Shown here in pieces: positions 48,026 through 57,665 of a stretch of DNA of 64,000 nucleotides. The notes beneath the pieces are model-generated. The model was not told where the DNA came from and ran no database searches. It saw only the letters and a list, made by a program, of their open reading frames with translations. How positions within the stretch are numbered: the first letter of the stretch is position 1; each line of letters begins with the position of its first letter. The translations under genes and the position numbers were made by a program. Source of the stretch: Alphaproteobacteria bacterium (GTDB taxonomy: Bacteria; Pseudomonadota; Alphaproteobacteria; UBA11136); assembly GCA_030739855.1 (NCBI GenBank), contig JASLYJ010000002.1, positions 17,793 through 81,792 on the forward strand, given 5' to 3'.

Positions 48026-48762
48026 AGCCCGTCCAGCACATGGGCGGCGAAAGGAATGGTAATTCTCCGCTTTGCTGCAAGTGCCTTGGTGTCCAGAACC
48101 GCCACAATTCGCCGCGCGGCGGCGAAAGACCTTTCCATTCTCGCTAGCAGATAGGTAATCACATCTTGGTTCACTTGCAACTGCCGGTCGGAAAACATCT
48201 TCACAAGCACGGCACCAATCAGGGCATCATCCGGGACACCTACCCCCACCGCCGGTGAGGCGGCAAGTCTGGAACGCAGGTCTGGCAGGTCCACGGACCA
48301 TTCGGCAATAGGGATCATTGCTGTCAGAAGCAAACTTCCCTGCCGTTCACTCAACATATTATAAAGATGGAGAAAGATCCGCTCACTTGTCGCCGCCCCC
48401 ACAATTCGGTCAGCATCCTCAATAACGGCTGCAGTTCTGTTGCGCAGAAGTTCCGGAGGATCACCATCCCTTACGGCGTTAGGGGACAAGACCACAGCTT
48501 GGCTACGCGTCTGCCAGACGTGGGCAAGGTGGGTTTTGCCGCAACCTGCCGGGCCGTGGATTATAAGACTCGGTGCCGTCCATTCTGGCCAGCGGTCGAG
48601 CAAAGCCACCGCCTGTTGGTTGCATGGCGCCACAAGAAAGTCCTCTCGACCCAGCGTCGGACGATAACCAAAGGCCAGAGGCAGCTGCCCCGAACAGGAT
48701 GATTTTGAGGATGGGGATATTGGGAAAGATTCTCCATGCAAAGATACTACAGACGCCGTCAT
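48022..48762 (-). CDS. hda: DnaA regulatory inactivator HdaA
   Basis: 246 aa. N-terminal beta-clamp-binding-like Q-L-P-L-A-F, Walker A G-P-A-G-C-G-K-T-H-L and a DnaA-domain-III-like AAA+ core. The ATG overlaps the stop of the upstream permease gene (ATGA). Confidence 0.8.
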   Translation of the reverse strand: MTASVVSLHGESFPISPSSKSSCSGQLPLAFGYRPTLGREDFLVAPCNQQAVALLDRWPEWTAPSLIIHGPAGCGKTHLAHVWQTRSQAVVLSPNAVRDGDPPELLRNRTAAVIEDADRIVGAATSERIFLHLYNMLSERQGSLLLTAMIPIAEWSVDLPDLRSRLAASPAVGVGVPDDALIGAVLVKMFSDRQLQVNQDVITYLLARMERSFAAARRIVAVLDTKALAAKRRITIPFAAHVLDGL

Positions 48763-49844
48763 CTCTGCTCCTCGCCTCCATTCCCAGACCCTTTGTAGTA
48801 AGTGCTTGCCAAATAACGATTAATGACAAAACGGCCCAACACCCCGATGATGGCAGCTAAAGGAACTGCCAAAAGGACACCCACGAAGCCAAACAATGCA
48901 CCAAAAGCCAGCAGTGCGAAGAGAATCCATGCTGGGTGCAGACCGATACGGTTTCCTACCAGATTAGGCGTAAGCAGGTAGCTCTCCGCCGTTTGACCAG
49001 TAAGGTAAGTGACCGCCACCAGAGCTACCGGCAACAGGTCGGAAAACTGCATCAGGGCAAGACTCGTGCCGATTATAAAACCGATTGCCGCTCCCACGTA
49101 GGGTATGAAGGAGATAAGGCCGCTAGCAATACCCACCATAAGTCCGAATTCAAGGCCGATGAGAGATAAAAAGAATCCGTAGAACCCAGCTAAAATCAAG
49201 CAGACCAGCGAGACGCCACGCACGAAACCCGACAGGGTTTCGTCAATCAGCCCAAGCTGGGTACGAATAGTGGCGGCATGATCACAAGGCAACCACCCGT
49301 CTATGTGGGCGACAATCACGTCCCAGTCACGCAACAAATAAAAGGCGGCTATTGGCATAATAAAAATCAATGAAAGTAGATTAAGCAGCGCCAGCCCGCC
49401 ACTCCACAAATCACCGACAACCCCTCCTGCCCACGAGATAAGGCCAGCGGTATAACCGCTGGCAGTGCCTCCATACCGTCCCACATCCACATCCTTGAGG
49501 TGGTCACGCAGGATTTCAAGATAAGGTGCCATCAGATTACGGAGAAAAGCGATGTAGTGGGGCAGACGATCAAGGAAGGCGAAGAATTGGTCCTGCAACA
49601 GTGGCAAAATCAGAAGCAGACCGAAAACAACTACAGCGAAGAACAGGAGAAGAATGCCGAAAACGGCAAGACCGCGCGGAATGCCACGCTCTTCCAGAGC
49701 ATCCACCACGGGATCGAGGAAGTAGGCCACTGCCATTCCCACAACAAAAGGCAGCAGAACATCACCAAGCAGGTAAAGGAACAGGGCAGAGGCAAAAATA
49801 CCTCCGGACCAGAACCAAAACTGGCGATTTATCTTTCCTGTCAT
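48759..49844 (-). CDS. AI-2E family transporter (PerM/YhhT-like, UPF0118)
   Basis: About 361 aa polytopic protein with the typical length and TM layout of the AI-2E family. Start trimmed to the ATG at 49844, which forms an ATGA overlap with the upstream stop. Confidence 0.7.
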   Translation of the reverse strand: MTGKINRQFWFWSGGIFASALFLYLLGDVLLPFVVGMAVAYFLDPVVDALEERGIPRGLAVFGILLLFFAVVVFGLLLILPLLQDQFFAFLDRLPHYIAFLRNLMAPYLEILRDHLKDVDVGRYGGTASGYTAGLISWAGGVVGDLWSGGLALLNLLSLIFIMPIAAFYLLRDWDVIVAHIDGWLPCDHAATIRTQLGLIDETLSGFVRGVSLVCLILAGFYGFFLSLIGLEFGLMVGIASGLISFIPYVGAAIGFIIGTSLALMQFSDLLPVALVAVTYLTGQTAESYLLTPNLVGNRIGLHPAWILFALLAFGALFGFVGVLLAVPLAAIIGVLGRFVINRYLASTYYKGSGNGGEEQR

Positions 49845-50398
49845 GAGTCTATCGCCATGCCTCGTATCCATCGCTTGAGATAGCCCATTCCAGAGATAAA
49901 AGTGGTCGCTGCCACCAGGTAAACCAAAGCTTCGGTGACGCCCCAGTTATCGAAAAACAGTGCCTCCCGGACGAGAACAAATGCCGCCAGAACCAACTGC
50001 AAAACCGTGTTGACCTTGCTGATCCATAACGGATCCATGCTCAGAGTCCGATCCGATATAGTATAAAGCAATAACGCGCCGCCGATAATCAGCAAATCCC
50101 TGAACACCACCAGGATTACCAGCCAATCCGGAAGCAAGCCCTGAATACCAAGAGTAATGTAGACGCCAACCAGAAGCATCTTATCGGCGAGGGGATCAAT
50201 ATAGGCTCCTAGAGGGGTTTGAGCATTAAACTGGCGGGCGAGAAACCCATCCACCGCATCAGAAACCCCGGCAATCACGAACAGCCAGAACGCTGCCAGG
50301 TACATACTAGAGAGAATCAGCCATACCGCCAGCGGCACCAATAACAGTCGCACGACGCTAATGATATTCGGCAGGTTAGTCACCCTAGGCATATGCAA
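49841..50398 (-). CDS. pgsA: CDP-alcohol phosphatidyltransferase (PgsA-like phosphatidylglycerophosphate synthase)
   Basis: 185 aa. Signature D-G-F-L-A-R-Q-F-N-A-Q-T-P-L-G-A-Y-I-D-P-L-A-D-K (D-G-x2-A-R-x8-G-x3-D-x3-D). N-terminal N-L-P-N-I-I-S-V-V-R. Confidence 0.75.
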   Translation of the reverse strand: MHMPRVTNLPNIISVVRLLLVPLAVWLILSSMYLAAFWLFVIAGVSDAVDGFLARQFNAQTPLGAYIDPLADKMLLVGVYITLGIQGLLPDWLVILVVFRDLLIIGGALLLYTISDRTLSMDPLWISKVNTVLQLVLAAFVLVREALFFDNWGVTEALVYLVAATTFISGMGYLKRWIRGMAIDS

Positions 50399-50414
50399 AC
50401 AGTTCGTTCGGACA

Positions 50415-51599
50415 TTACTTCACAGGACGAAGAATCCAAGAGGTGCCTCCCTGACTCAACAGCAGATCACTTTGCGCCAAAGCCAATTTTAGCTGTGTTA
50501 CGGATCCGACAAAGTATAAATCCATGATCACCTCACTCCGGGTCAAGGACAGCACGTCTTTCCTGCGAATAAAGGCTATGGAATCGAGGCGTTTTCGGAT
50601 ATCCGTCCAGTATGTGATCCCGGTTATAGGTACTGAAATAACCAAGGATTCCTGACGGCTGTTAAGCTGCATAAGATTATCACGTTTCCAGTTTTCCTCC
50701 ACCTGAGAGGCCACCTCTGTCACCGCATGATTCAGCAAATTATCAGTGGTTTTTCCACTGGCACCTGTGAAGCTGAAAACGTTGGTGTATTCTTGGGTCG
50801 CTGCGCCGAACCGGCTGACAGAAACATCAAGGCTAGGTGTATTGGCCACAAGATTTATGGTGAGGGTAGCTACCGCCACAAGAGTGTCTGTAGCTCCATA
50901 ACGCCGGGCAATAGTATCAAGCCTTTTCCGGATAGCCGCCATCGCCTGAGCTGGCCCGATATCCGCAACGTCGGACAGATCGCCTTTGGGAACGATAAAA
51001 GGGACGAGGGATTCCTCGCGCTGGTGTCCGGCCCAAGCCGTTCGCCAAGGATTCGGATCGTCCCATAAAAGCTGGGTGCCCGCCAATTGGTAGACGGGAA
51101 CAATCAAGACTGGCTTGCTTCTTGTCTCAGCGAAGGAAAAGCCTTCTGTGCGCAGAAGTTCTCGGATGGCATCAGGTTTGAAGTGATAGGTGATTTTCGC
51201 CAGATAGCGGACGGAGGATGTCTTCTCGTCACCAACTTCAATGCCGCTCACTAACTCGGAGATATGGGCGTCGGAAAGGATGGGAAGATCGGCATGGTTA
51301 GTGCGTAACGTCAGTCGCTCCAGCAACGCCCGAAAGGCCTTTTTCTGACCATTGGTAAGTGCCACCTTGCGGGCGTCGGTGGCAGAGCCGGCCGTAGCAT
51401 CAACAACCATATCTCGAACGCTGAACACATCAGCAGCCCTTGTCACGCCCATGGGGGTTGTCACAATAAGTCCCACAGCCAAAAGAAGGCCAGCCAGCGC
51501 CAAATTACGAAAATGGAGGGGAAACCGTGAAAAGCGGCACGGCCACCACATGCCACGAACTAGGATTATTGCAAAACGTGCAAGATAAAGTATGTTCAA
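50415..51599 (-). CDS. Conserved exported protein of unknown function (possibly DUF2066)
   Basis: 394-aa ORF with a hydrophobic signal-like segment (L-A-L-A-G-L-L-L-A-V-G-L-I-V...T-R-A-A-D) and no catalytic motif I recognise. The DUF2066 guess rests on a remembered association of that family with purM/hda neighbourhoods. The start may be the internal ATG at 51551. Confidence 0.4.
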   Translation of the reverse strand: MNILYLARFAIILVRGMWWPCRFSRFPLHFRNLALAGLLLAVGLIVTTPMGVTRAADVFSVRDMVVDATAGSATDARKVALTNGQKKAFRALLERLTLRTNHADLPILSDAHISELVSGIEVGDEKTSSVRYLAKITYHFKPDAIRELLRTEGFSFAETRSKPVLIVPVYQLAGTQLLWDDPNPWRTAWAGHQREESLVPFIVPKGDLSDVADIGPAQAMAAIRKRLDTIARRYGATDTLVAVATLTINLVANTPSLDVSVSRFGAATQEYTNVFSFTGASGKTTDNLLNHAVTEVASQVEENWKRDNLMQLNSRQESLVISVPITGITYWTDIRKRLDSIAFIRRKDVLSLTRSEVIMDLYFVGSVTQLKLALAQSDLLLSQGGTSWILRPVK

Positions 51600-51640
51600 G
51601 CTTCTAGGTTCCCTGCAAACTCATAGCCTTATACTTTATC

Positions 51641-52720
51641 ATGCGCAAGGATGCCATAAGCAGCCAAACGTACAAGGATGCGGGTGTTGACATCGCCGCC
51701 GGAAACGCCCTAGTGAAGGCCATCAAGCCCCTAGCTCGGTCTACAGCCCGGCATGGTGCCGATGTTGATCTATGTGGATTTGGCGCTATGTTTGACCTTG
51801 CCGCGACGGGGTATGACGATCCCATCCTTGTCGCCGCTGCCGATGGCGTCGGCACGAAACTTCAAATCGCTACCGCAACAAGCTGCCATTATGGCGTGGG
51901 CATTGACCTTGTCGCCATGTGCGTAAATGACCTCTTGGCACAGGGGGCCGAGCCCCTGTTCTTTCTCGACTACTACGCCTGCGCGAGGCTTGAAGCGGAG
52001 GTAGCGGAGGAGGTTATTGCCGGAATCGCCGAAGGTTGCCGCCTTGCTGGCTGCTCTCTTATTGGTGGTGAAACAGCGGAGATGCCGGGCATGTACACCA
52101 AGGAAGACTATGATCTTGCCGGGTTTTCCGTGGGTGTGGCGGAGCGCGGGAAAATTCTTATTGGGTCAACCGTCACCGAGGGAGACTTAGTTCTTGGTCT
52201 AGCCTCCAGTGGCCTTCATGCCAACGGATTCTCTCTGGTGCATAAGCTGGTGGCCGAGAATGGCCTTTCCTATGATGAACCTGCTTCTTTCCGGCCAGGA
52301 GAAACCCTCGGTAAGGCCCTGCTTGCTCCCACATTGATCTACGTAAAAAGCTGCCTGCCCCTCGTCCATAAAGGCCTTATCAAGGCCATGGCTCACATCA
52401 CCGGGGGCGGGTTAACGGAGAACATTCCTCGTGTGCTACCCAACGGTCTAGGTGTTCATTTGGACACCGGCACATGGCCATTTACCGACATTTTTGCCTG
52501 GCTAATGGCCCTTGGTCCGGTTTCAGGGAAAGAGATGGCACGCACCTTTAATTGCGGCATCGGCATGGTAGCCATCGTTGCTGTGGATCACGCTGATGAG
52601 GTTAAGGAATCACTTCATGCGGACGGCGAGACAGTCTGGACCATCGGTGAAGTTGTGGCTTGTAAGGGGAACACTCCTCGTGTCCGTCTCGCAGGAGCAG
52701 AGAGGGTATGGCTAAGTTGA
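51641..52720 (+). CDS. purM: Phosphoribosylformylglycinamidine cyclo-ligase
   Basis: 359 aa. [13 protein letters not shown]-terminus, D-G-V-G-T-K and [11 protein letters not shown]. Confidence 0.95.
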   Translation: MRKDAISSQTYKDAGVDIAAGNALVKAIKPLARSTARHGADVDLCGFGAMFDLAATGYDDPILVAAADGVGTKLQIATATSCHYGVGIDLVAMCVNDLLAQGAEPLFFLDYYACARLEAEVAEEVIAGIAEGCRLAGCSLIGGETAEMPGMYTKEDYDLAGFSVGVAERGKILIGSTVTEGDLVLGLASSGLHANGFSLVHKLVAENGLSYDEPASFRPGETLGKALLAPTLIYVKSCLPLVHKGLIKAMAHITGGGLTENIPRVLPNGLGVHLDTGTWPFTDIFAWLMALGPVSGKEMARTFNCGIGMVAIVAVDHADEVKESLHADGETVWTIGEVVACKGNTPRVRLAGAERVWLS

Positions 52721-53364
52721 AAACAGCCGTCCTGATTTCTGAACGCGGCAGCAATATGCGAGAGCTGGTTGCCGCTTGTAATGAGCCCGATTTTCCCGCC
52801 GAGGTGGTTCTCGTCTTGTCTAACAACCCTGATGCGCCGGGCCTAGAACACGCCAAGGAGAAAGGCCTTGCCATCCATGTCATTGACCAGAGCGGATTCC
52901 CAAAGCGCGCTGAGTTTGACGTCGTTCTCGATTCGGTTCTCCGCGACCATAAAGTAAACTTGGTTTGCCTCGCAGGGTTCATGCGCATCCTCAGTGAAGA
53001 TCTGGTGAACAAGTGGCGCAACCGCATTATAAATATTCATCCTTCGCTGCTGCCTTCCTTTAAGGGGCTGAACACACATGCGCGGGTCCTCCAGTCTGGG
53101 GTAAGTTTTTCCGGCTGTACCGTCCATTTCGTTCGTCCAGAAATGGATGAGGGCCCGGTTATTGTTCAAGCCGTGGTCCCTGTTCACAATGGCGATACGG
53201 TTAAGAAGCTAGCTGCCCGCGTGTTGGCTGCGGAACACAAAGCTTATCCCCTGGCCCTGCGTCTGATAGCCGAGGGCCGGGTACGTTTGGTCGTGGAAAA
53301 GGTGAAGATTGATGGTGCTCTAGCTCCTGCCGGTGTTGTAATCAACCCCACTGAGAAATCCTGA
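52708..53364 (+). CDS. purN: Phosphoribosylglycinamide formyltransferase
   Basis: 218 aa. [12 protein letters not shown] and D-E-G-P-V-I-V-Q motifs. Overlaps the purM end by 13 nt. Confidence 0.9.
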   Translation: MAKLKTAVLISERGSNMRELVAACNEPDFPAEVVLVLSNNPDAPGLEHAKEKGLAIHVIDQSGFPKRAEFDVVLDSVLRDHKVNLVCLAGFMRILSEDLVNKWRNRIINIHPSLLPSFKGLNTHARVLQSGVSFSGCTVHFVRPEMDEGPVIVQAVVPVHNGDTVKKLAARVLAAEHKAYPLALRLIAEGRVRLVVEKVKIDGALAPAGVVINPTEKS

Positions 53365-53470
53365 AGTAAAAGCCTGACGGAGGCCTGGCAAAAATCTTCC
53401 CCTTTCCCTCAGCATTACATTGCGCTATAGCTTCTGCCGTTGATTTAGCCAAAACCAAGAGGAAGTAAAA

Positions 53471-53608
53471 ATGCCCGCTGACAGCGAAACACAACGCCAC
53501 CAGACAGACTGGGGGAATTTTATCGCCTTGATGAAATACAGCCTTGCCGGCACTATCTTTATGTTGGCCCTGATGGCTATCTTCCTGACCGAGCGCACAC
53601 CCGGCTGA
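53471..53608 (+). CDS. Small single-TM membrane protein, possibly aa3-type cytochrome oxidase subunit IV family
   Basis: Not in the ORF track (45 aa): MPADSETQRHQTDWGNFIALMKYSLAGTIFMLALMAIFLTERTPG. GAGGAAG Shine-Dalgarno lies 7 nt upstream of the ATG, there is one clear TM helix, and a strong terminator follows. The H-Q-x-x-W/F-x-x-F-I...K pattern resembles the short bacterial CoxIV (PF07835) family. Confidence 0.5.
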   Translation: MPADSETQRHQTDWGNFIALMKYSLAGTIFMLALMAIFLTERTPG

Positions 53609-53631
53609 ATATCATGTGTCTCAATTAGAAG

Positions 53632-53658
53632 GCCGCGTTCATAAGACGCGGCTTTTTT
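53632..53658. terminator. Intrinsic terminator between the small membrane-protein gene (+) and ndk (-)
   Basis: GCCGCGT-tcataag-ACGCGGC followed by TTTTTT (53653-58) on the + strand. The same hairpin sits 33 nt downstream of the ndk stop on the minus strand, with a weaker U-rich tail. Confidence 0.7.
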
Positions 53659-53684
53659 ACTTGCCCGAACCGGCTAAAAGAAAA

Positions 53685-54107
53685 TCATCCGACAATTTCA
53701 ATATCGGAAAAGAAGAAGGCAATTTCCCGTGCCGCCGTTTCCAGACTATCGGAGCCATGCACCGAATTGGCCTCTATGGATTCCCCGAAATCCCTACGGA
53801 TTGTCTTTTCCTCAGCGTTGTCGGGATTGGTAGCGCCCATGATCTCACGGTTTCTGGCTATAGCGTCCTCACCTTCGAGAACCTGGACAACTACAGGCCC
53901 TGAGGCCATGAAAGCGCATAGGTCGTCAAAGAAAGAACGGCGCCGATGCACTTCGTAAAATTTTTCAGCCACCCCAAGAGTCATCCTAATTCGTTTCTGC
54001 GCCACAATATGCAATCCAGACTCCTCGAACCTGGCATTGATTCGACCGGTCAGATCACGGCACGTGGCATCCGGTTTGATAATGGAAAGCGTACGTTCGA
54101 CAGCCAT
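53685..54107 (-). CDS. ndk: Nucleoside diphosphate kinase
   Basis: 140 aa. [14 protein letters not shown] and the active-site N-S-V-H-G-S-D-S. Confidence 0.95.
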   Translation of the reverse strand: MAVERTLSIIKPDATCRDLTGRINARFEESGLHIVAQKRIRMTLGVAEKFYEVHRRRSFFDDLCAFMASGPVVVQVLEGEDAIARNREIMGATNPDNAEEKTIRRDFGESIEANSVHGSDSLETAAREIAFFFSDIEIVG

Positions 54108-54227
54108 TATTTCTGAAAATCCTAGAACCTTGTTGTGTAGAAGAGCAGAAGTAATTATTAGAGAAGCGGCCTTATATCTCTCCCCGATGCCTTCGGCAAG
54201 GGAAGCGTAAGACCTCCTGATTAGTGT

Positions 54228-54677
54228 TTATTCGCGAATCCGCCACCCGCCCTGAGATGTTTGTTCATAGTAGGTTAGAGAATAGCCAGCCTGTTCGTAG
54301 GTCTTCTGGTGCTCGCGGGCCTGTGCAAGAGCCTGTTTGTCGTTACCGTTAAATATTTCCAGGCATTTTTCAAACCCGTCCAGGCCCTCACGATAGGCCC
54401 CATCGATTAATATAAGAACGCTTGCTCCATTGGGATTTTCGGGGGAAGTGGTAAGCCATAACGGTTGTTCATTATCATGACCGTCAGCAGCGCATCCATG
54501 GGGCAGGAATGCCCCCGGATCGTAGGTCCACAACATAGAATTAAGGGTCACGACCCGTTCCTCAGAGCCTGCCATGATCACAGCACTGGCACCGCTGGCC
54601 ACCACCTTCTCTAGCAGTTTCGGAAGCGCCCTCTCCAAGGGGTGCTTCTTTAACTGATAGAAACAAACCTCTGTCAC
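54228..54677 (-). CDS. holC: DNA polymerase III subunit chi
   Basis: 149 aa from the GTG at 54677, preceded by GAAGGAAGG. Begins T-E-V-C-F-Y-Q-L like chi subunits and lies directly downstream of pepA as in E. coli. The ORF-track extension to 54884 overlaps pepA. Confidence 0.7.
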   Translation of the reverse strand: MTEVCFYQLKKHPLERALPKLLEKVVASGASAVIMAGSEERVVTLNSMLWTYDPGAFLPHGCAADGHDNEQPLWLTTSPENPNGASVLILIDGAYREGLDGFEKCLEIFNGNDKQALAQAREHQKTYEQAGYSLTYYEQTSQGGWRIRE

Positions 54678-54696
54678 AATCCTTCCTTCGCCCCGC

Positions 54697-56199
54697 TCAA
54701 TCCCCTTCACAATAATCGGCAACGAACCGATCAAGAAGACGCACGCCGAATCCAGTGCCGCCCTTGGGAACTGTGGGCTTGTCCTTGGATGACCAGGTAA
54801 CACCGGCAATATCCAGATGAGCCCAAGGAACCTTATTAACAAATCTTTGGAGGAACTGCGCCGCCGTAATGCTGCCGGCGCCACGTATGCCGGTAATATT
54901 CTTCATATCGGCAATATCGCAGTTCAGGAGTTTGTCAAATGAATCATTAAGAGGAAAGCGCCAGATCTGTTCCCCGACGGCATTTCCGGATTTTGTTAAA
55001 TGGGCGGCCAAATCATCGTCATTTGCAAAAAGGCCGGCAATCTCGTTGCCAAGGGCGACGATAATGGCGCCGGTGAGAGTCGCCAGATCGACCATAAGGC
55101 GGGGCTTAAACCGCTTCTGACAGTAGTAGAGAGCGTCGGCTAAAACCAGCCGGCCTTCGGCATCGGTATTGAGAACCTCGATAGTCTGGCCCGACATAGA
55201 AGTGACAATATCTCCGGGGCGCTGGGCGGAACCAGAGGGCATGTTCTCCACAAGCCCCACCACGCCAACGGCATTGACCTTCGCCTTACGGCCGGCCAAG
55301 GTCTTCATCAGGCCGATAACTACCCCGGCTCCTGCCATGTCCCATTTCATATCTTCCATACCCCCAGACGGTTTGATGGAAATACCGCCAGTATCGAATG
55401 TCACACCCTTGCCGATGAAGGCTACCGGACGTTTATTTTTTGCCTTGGGAGCGCCCTTCCATTGCATCATCACTACACAGGGAGAATGCGCACTTCCCTG
55501 AGCCACACCGAGCAAAGCCCCCATTCCCAACTTTCGCAGCTTAGCCCGATTGAGGACTCCCACCCTGACACCGAGCTTTTCCAGGACCTTAGCCTGTTCC
55601 GCTAGGGCCTCAGGATAAAGAACGTTAGATGGTTCCGAAACCAAGTCGCGGGCGAGGAAAACGCCCGCGGCAGTCTTTTCCATAGGCACGAAAGCTTTTC
55701 TCACCGACTCATGCCCCTTAACCAAAATGATTAGAGTCTTAAGTGAAGGCTTATCCTTGGGTTTTTCCTTGGTGCGGTATTTATCAAAACGGTAGGACCG
55801 CAGCCGCGCTCCAAAAGCCAAATGGGTGGCAATGTCACCAGCACCAAGGGAAGTGCCTTTCACAGCATCTACCGCAATTTGGACCGTGCTTTCGCCACTC
55901 GTGGCGAGCCCGGCAACGATATGTCCTCCAGCATCCTGTACGCGCTTATCGTCGATATCCTTCGCTTTGCCAATACCAAGTAAAACAAGCCGTTTTAAGG
56001 GCAGATTCGAAGGCGCGAGCAAACTCAGCAATTGTCCTTTTTCTCCTTTAAAACGACTAGCCTTCATGGCCCGGCTCACCGCGCCGCTGCTTTTCCTGTC
56101 TAGGGCAGCAGCCGTGGAAAGCATTTTCCTGCCCTCGAGCACGCTAACAACGAGGGTTCCTGAACGGGGTTGAGAAGGGCCCGAAAAAGTTATTTTCAT
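54697..56199 (-). CDS. pepA: Leucyl aminopeptidase (M17)
   Basis: Signature N-T-D-A-E-G-R-L-V-L-A-D-A, V-G-K-G-V-T-F-D-T-G-G-I-S-I-K-P and M-K-W-D-M-A-G-A. Start trimmed to the ATG at 56199 (M-K-I-T-F-S). Confidence 0.9.
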   Translation of the reverse strand: MKITFSGPSQPRSGTLVVSVLEGRKMLSTAAALDRKSSGAVSRAMKASRFKGEKGQLLSLLAPSNLPLKRLVLLGIGKAKDIDDKRVQDAGGHIVAGLATSGESTVQIAVDAVKGTSLGAGDIATHLAFGARLRSYRFDKYRTKEKPKDKPSLKTLIILVKGHESVRKAFVPMEKTAAGVFLARDLVSEPSNVLYPEALAEQAKVLEKLGVRVGVLNRAKLRKLGMGALLGVAQGSAHSPCVVMMQWKGAPKAKNKRPVAFIGKGVTFDTGGISIKPSGGMEDMKWDMAGAGVVIGLMKTLAGRKAKVNAVGVVGLVENMPSGSAQRPGDIVTSMSGQTIEVLNTDAEGRLVLADALYYCQKRFKPRLMVDLATLTGAIIVALGNEIAGLFANDDDLAAHLTKSGNAVGEQIWRFPLNDSFDKLLNCDIADMKNITGIRGAGSITAAQFLQRFVNKVPWAHLDIAGVTWSSKDKPTVPKGGTGFGVRLLDRFVADYCEGD

Positions 56200-56486
56200 T
56201 AGAGTTTTTCCATTCTTTCTATTCGTTAAGCGCAGGCTCTTTCCGGAGGTTCCCAAAAAAATCATGGTAATGTCTAGTCAATCACGACTCTACCCATCCC
56301 CCAGACAAAGTGAAGTCAAACTTGACGGCAAGGCAGAGATAACAATAGTCTTCAGAATTGGGGAAAGTCTGTGTAAAATCAATGAGTTTTCTCTGATACT
56401 TTTTTACTTTCCCATCTCTGGGTAAACCATGTCTCCCTTTTCTTGGAGATGGGAGGGACAGTCGCACCTATCAAGGTTTCACGTTT

Positions 56487-57620
56487 ATGCAAAAAGTTTC
56501 CGGCTATATTCTGCGCCGATCAATCACTGCCTTGCTTTTTGTGACCTTGCCTTTGGTCTGTGCAATCTGGCTGATGCAGTCGTTACGACTCATTGATCTT
56601 ATCGTCAACCGCGGCCTACCGGTATCTATGTTTCTTTATATGTCCGCATTGATGCTACCCACCTTCCTAGCGCTGATACTCCCCATTTCTCTGTTCGCTG
56701 CCGTGCTTTTTGCCTACAACCGGATGGCCGTAGATAGCGAACTGGTAGTTATGCGGGCTGCGGGAATCAGTCCGAACGGCTTGTCCAAGCCGGCACTCCT
56801 CTTGGCGGGAATTATCACCGTAGTCATCTATTGCCTAACACTCTACCTGCTGCCGATGTCTTTTAGAGAATTCAAAGACCAGCAGGTTACAATCCGTAGT
56901 GATTTTTCCACAGTGATTCTCCAAGAAGGTGTCTTTACCGAAATTTCCAAGGGAATCATGGCCTTTGTCCGAGAGCGTGGGAGTGAAGGGGAGCTTCTAG
57001 GCATCATCGTCCATGATGGACGCAATATGGAACAACCTGTGACAATTATGGCCGAAAACGGAGCCTTGGTTCGCACCGATCGTGGTCCCCAAGTTATCAT
57101 GTTAAACGGTAATCGGCAGGAGGTATCAAGAGAGACAGGAAAGCTCTCGCTGCTTCATTTCGATCGCTATTCTTTTGACATCCCCACCGCTAACGATACC
57201 ACCGGGAAGAGGTGGCGCGAACCCGGAGAACGCTTTCTTGATGAACTTTTTTATCCAGATATGACGGACGAAAATAATAAATTCAACGCCGCTAACCTGA
57301 GGGCTGAGGGCCACGAGCGTTTGACCATGCCGATCTACGCCCTGACTTTTACCATCATTGCACTAGCGGCCCTTCTTTCGGGGAATTTCGACCGGCGCGG
57401 CCTAGGGAGGAGGATGGCTGTGGCAATCCTCCTCATCATCATCATTCAAGCTGGAGCTTTGGGCTTTACCAATCTCGCCACCCGTTTTCCGTCCTTGGTT
57501 CCTCTAGTGTATCTTAATGCCTTGCTCCCTTTGGTCGGTGGACTTTACGTGCTCTTTGGCCGTAGAAAACGGATAAGTGGCCATATCTTCTCTCGTAGTC
57601 CAGCAACATTGGAGCGGTAA
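56487..57620 (+). CDS. lptF: LPS export ABC transporter permease LptF
   Basis: 377 aa YjgP/YjgQ-type permease (N-terminal Y-I-L-R-R, TM1-3, periplasmic beta-jellyroll region, TM4-6). First of a tandem pair divergent from pepA. Confidence 0.85.
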   Translation: MQKVSGYILRRSITALLFVTLPLVCAIWLMQSLRLIDLIVNRGLPVSMFLYMSALMLPTFLALILPISLFAAVLFAYNRMAVDSELVVMRAAGISPNGLSKPALLLAGIITVVIYCLTLYLLPMSFREFKDQQVTIRSDFSTVILQEGVFTEISKGIMAFVRERGSEGELLGIIVHDGRNMEQPVTIMAENGALVRTDRGPQVIMLNGNRQEVSRETGKLSLLHFDRYSFDIPTANDTTGKRWREPGERFLDELFYPDMTDENNKFNAANLRAEGHERLTMPIYALTFTIIALAALLSGNFDRRGLGRRMAVAILLIIIIQAGALGFTNLATRFPSLVPLVYLNALLPLVGGLYVLFGRRKRISGHIFSRSPATLER

Positions 57621-57665
57621 TCGATCTGGTCTGAACAAACGTAATCCTCTATTGGAAACAGTGGA

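Noticed and set aside
56282-56467. 61-aa minus-strand ORF in the pepA-lptF divergent region
   Set aside because: No ribosome-binding site and no recognisable features. It lies where the divergent promoters are expected. I treat the region as regulatory.
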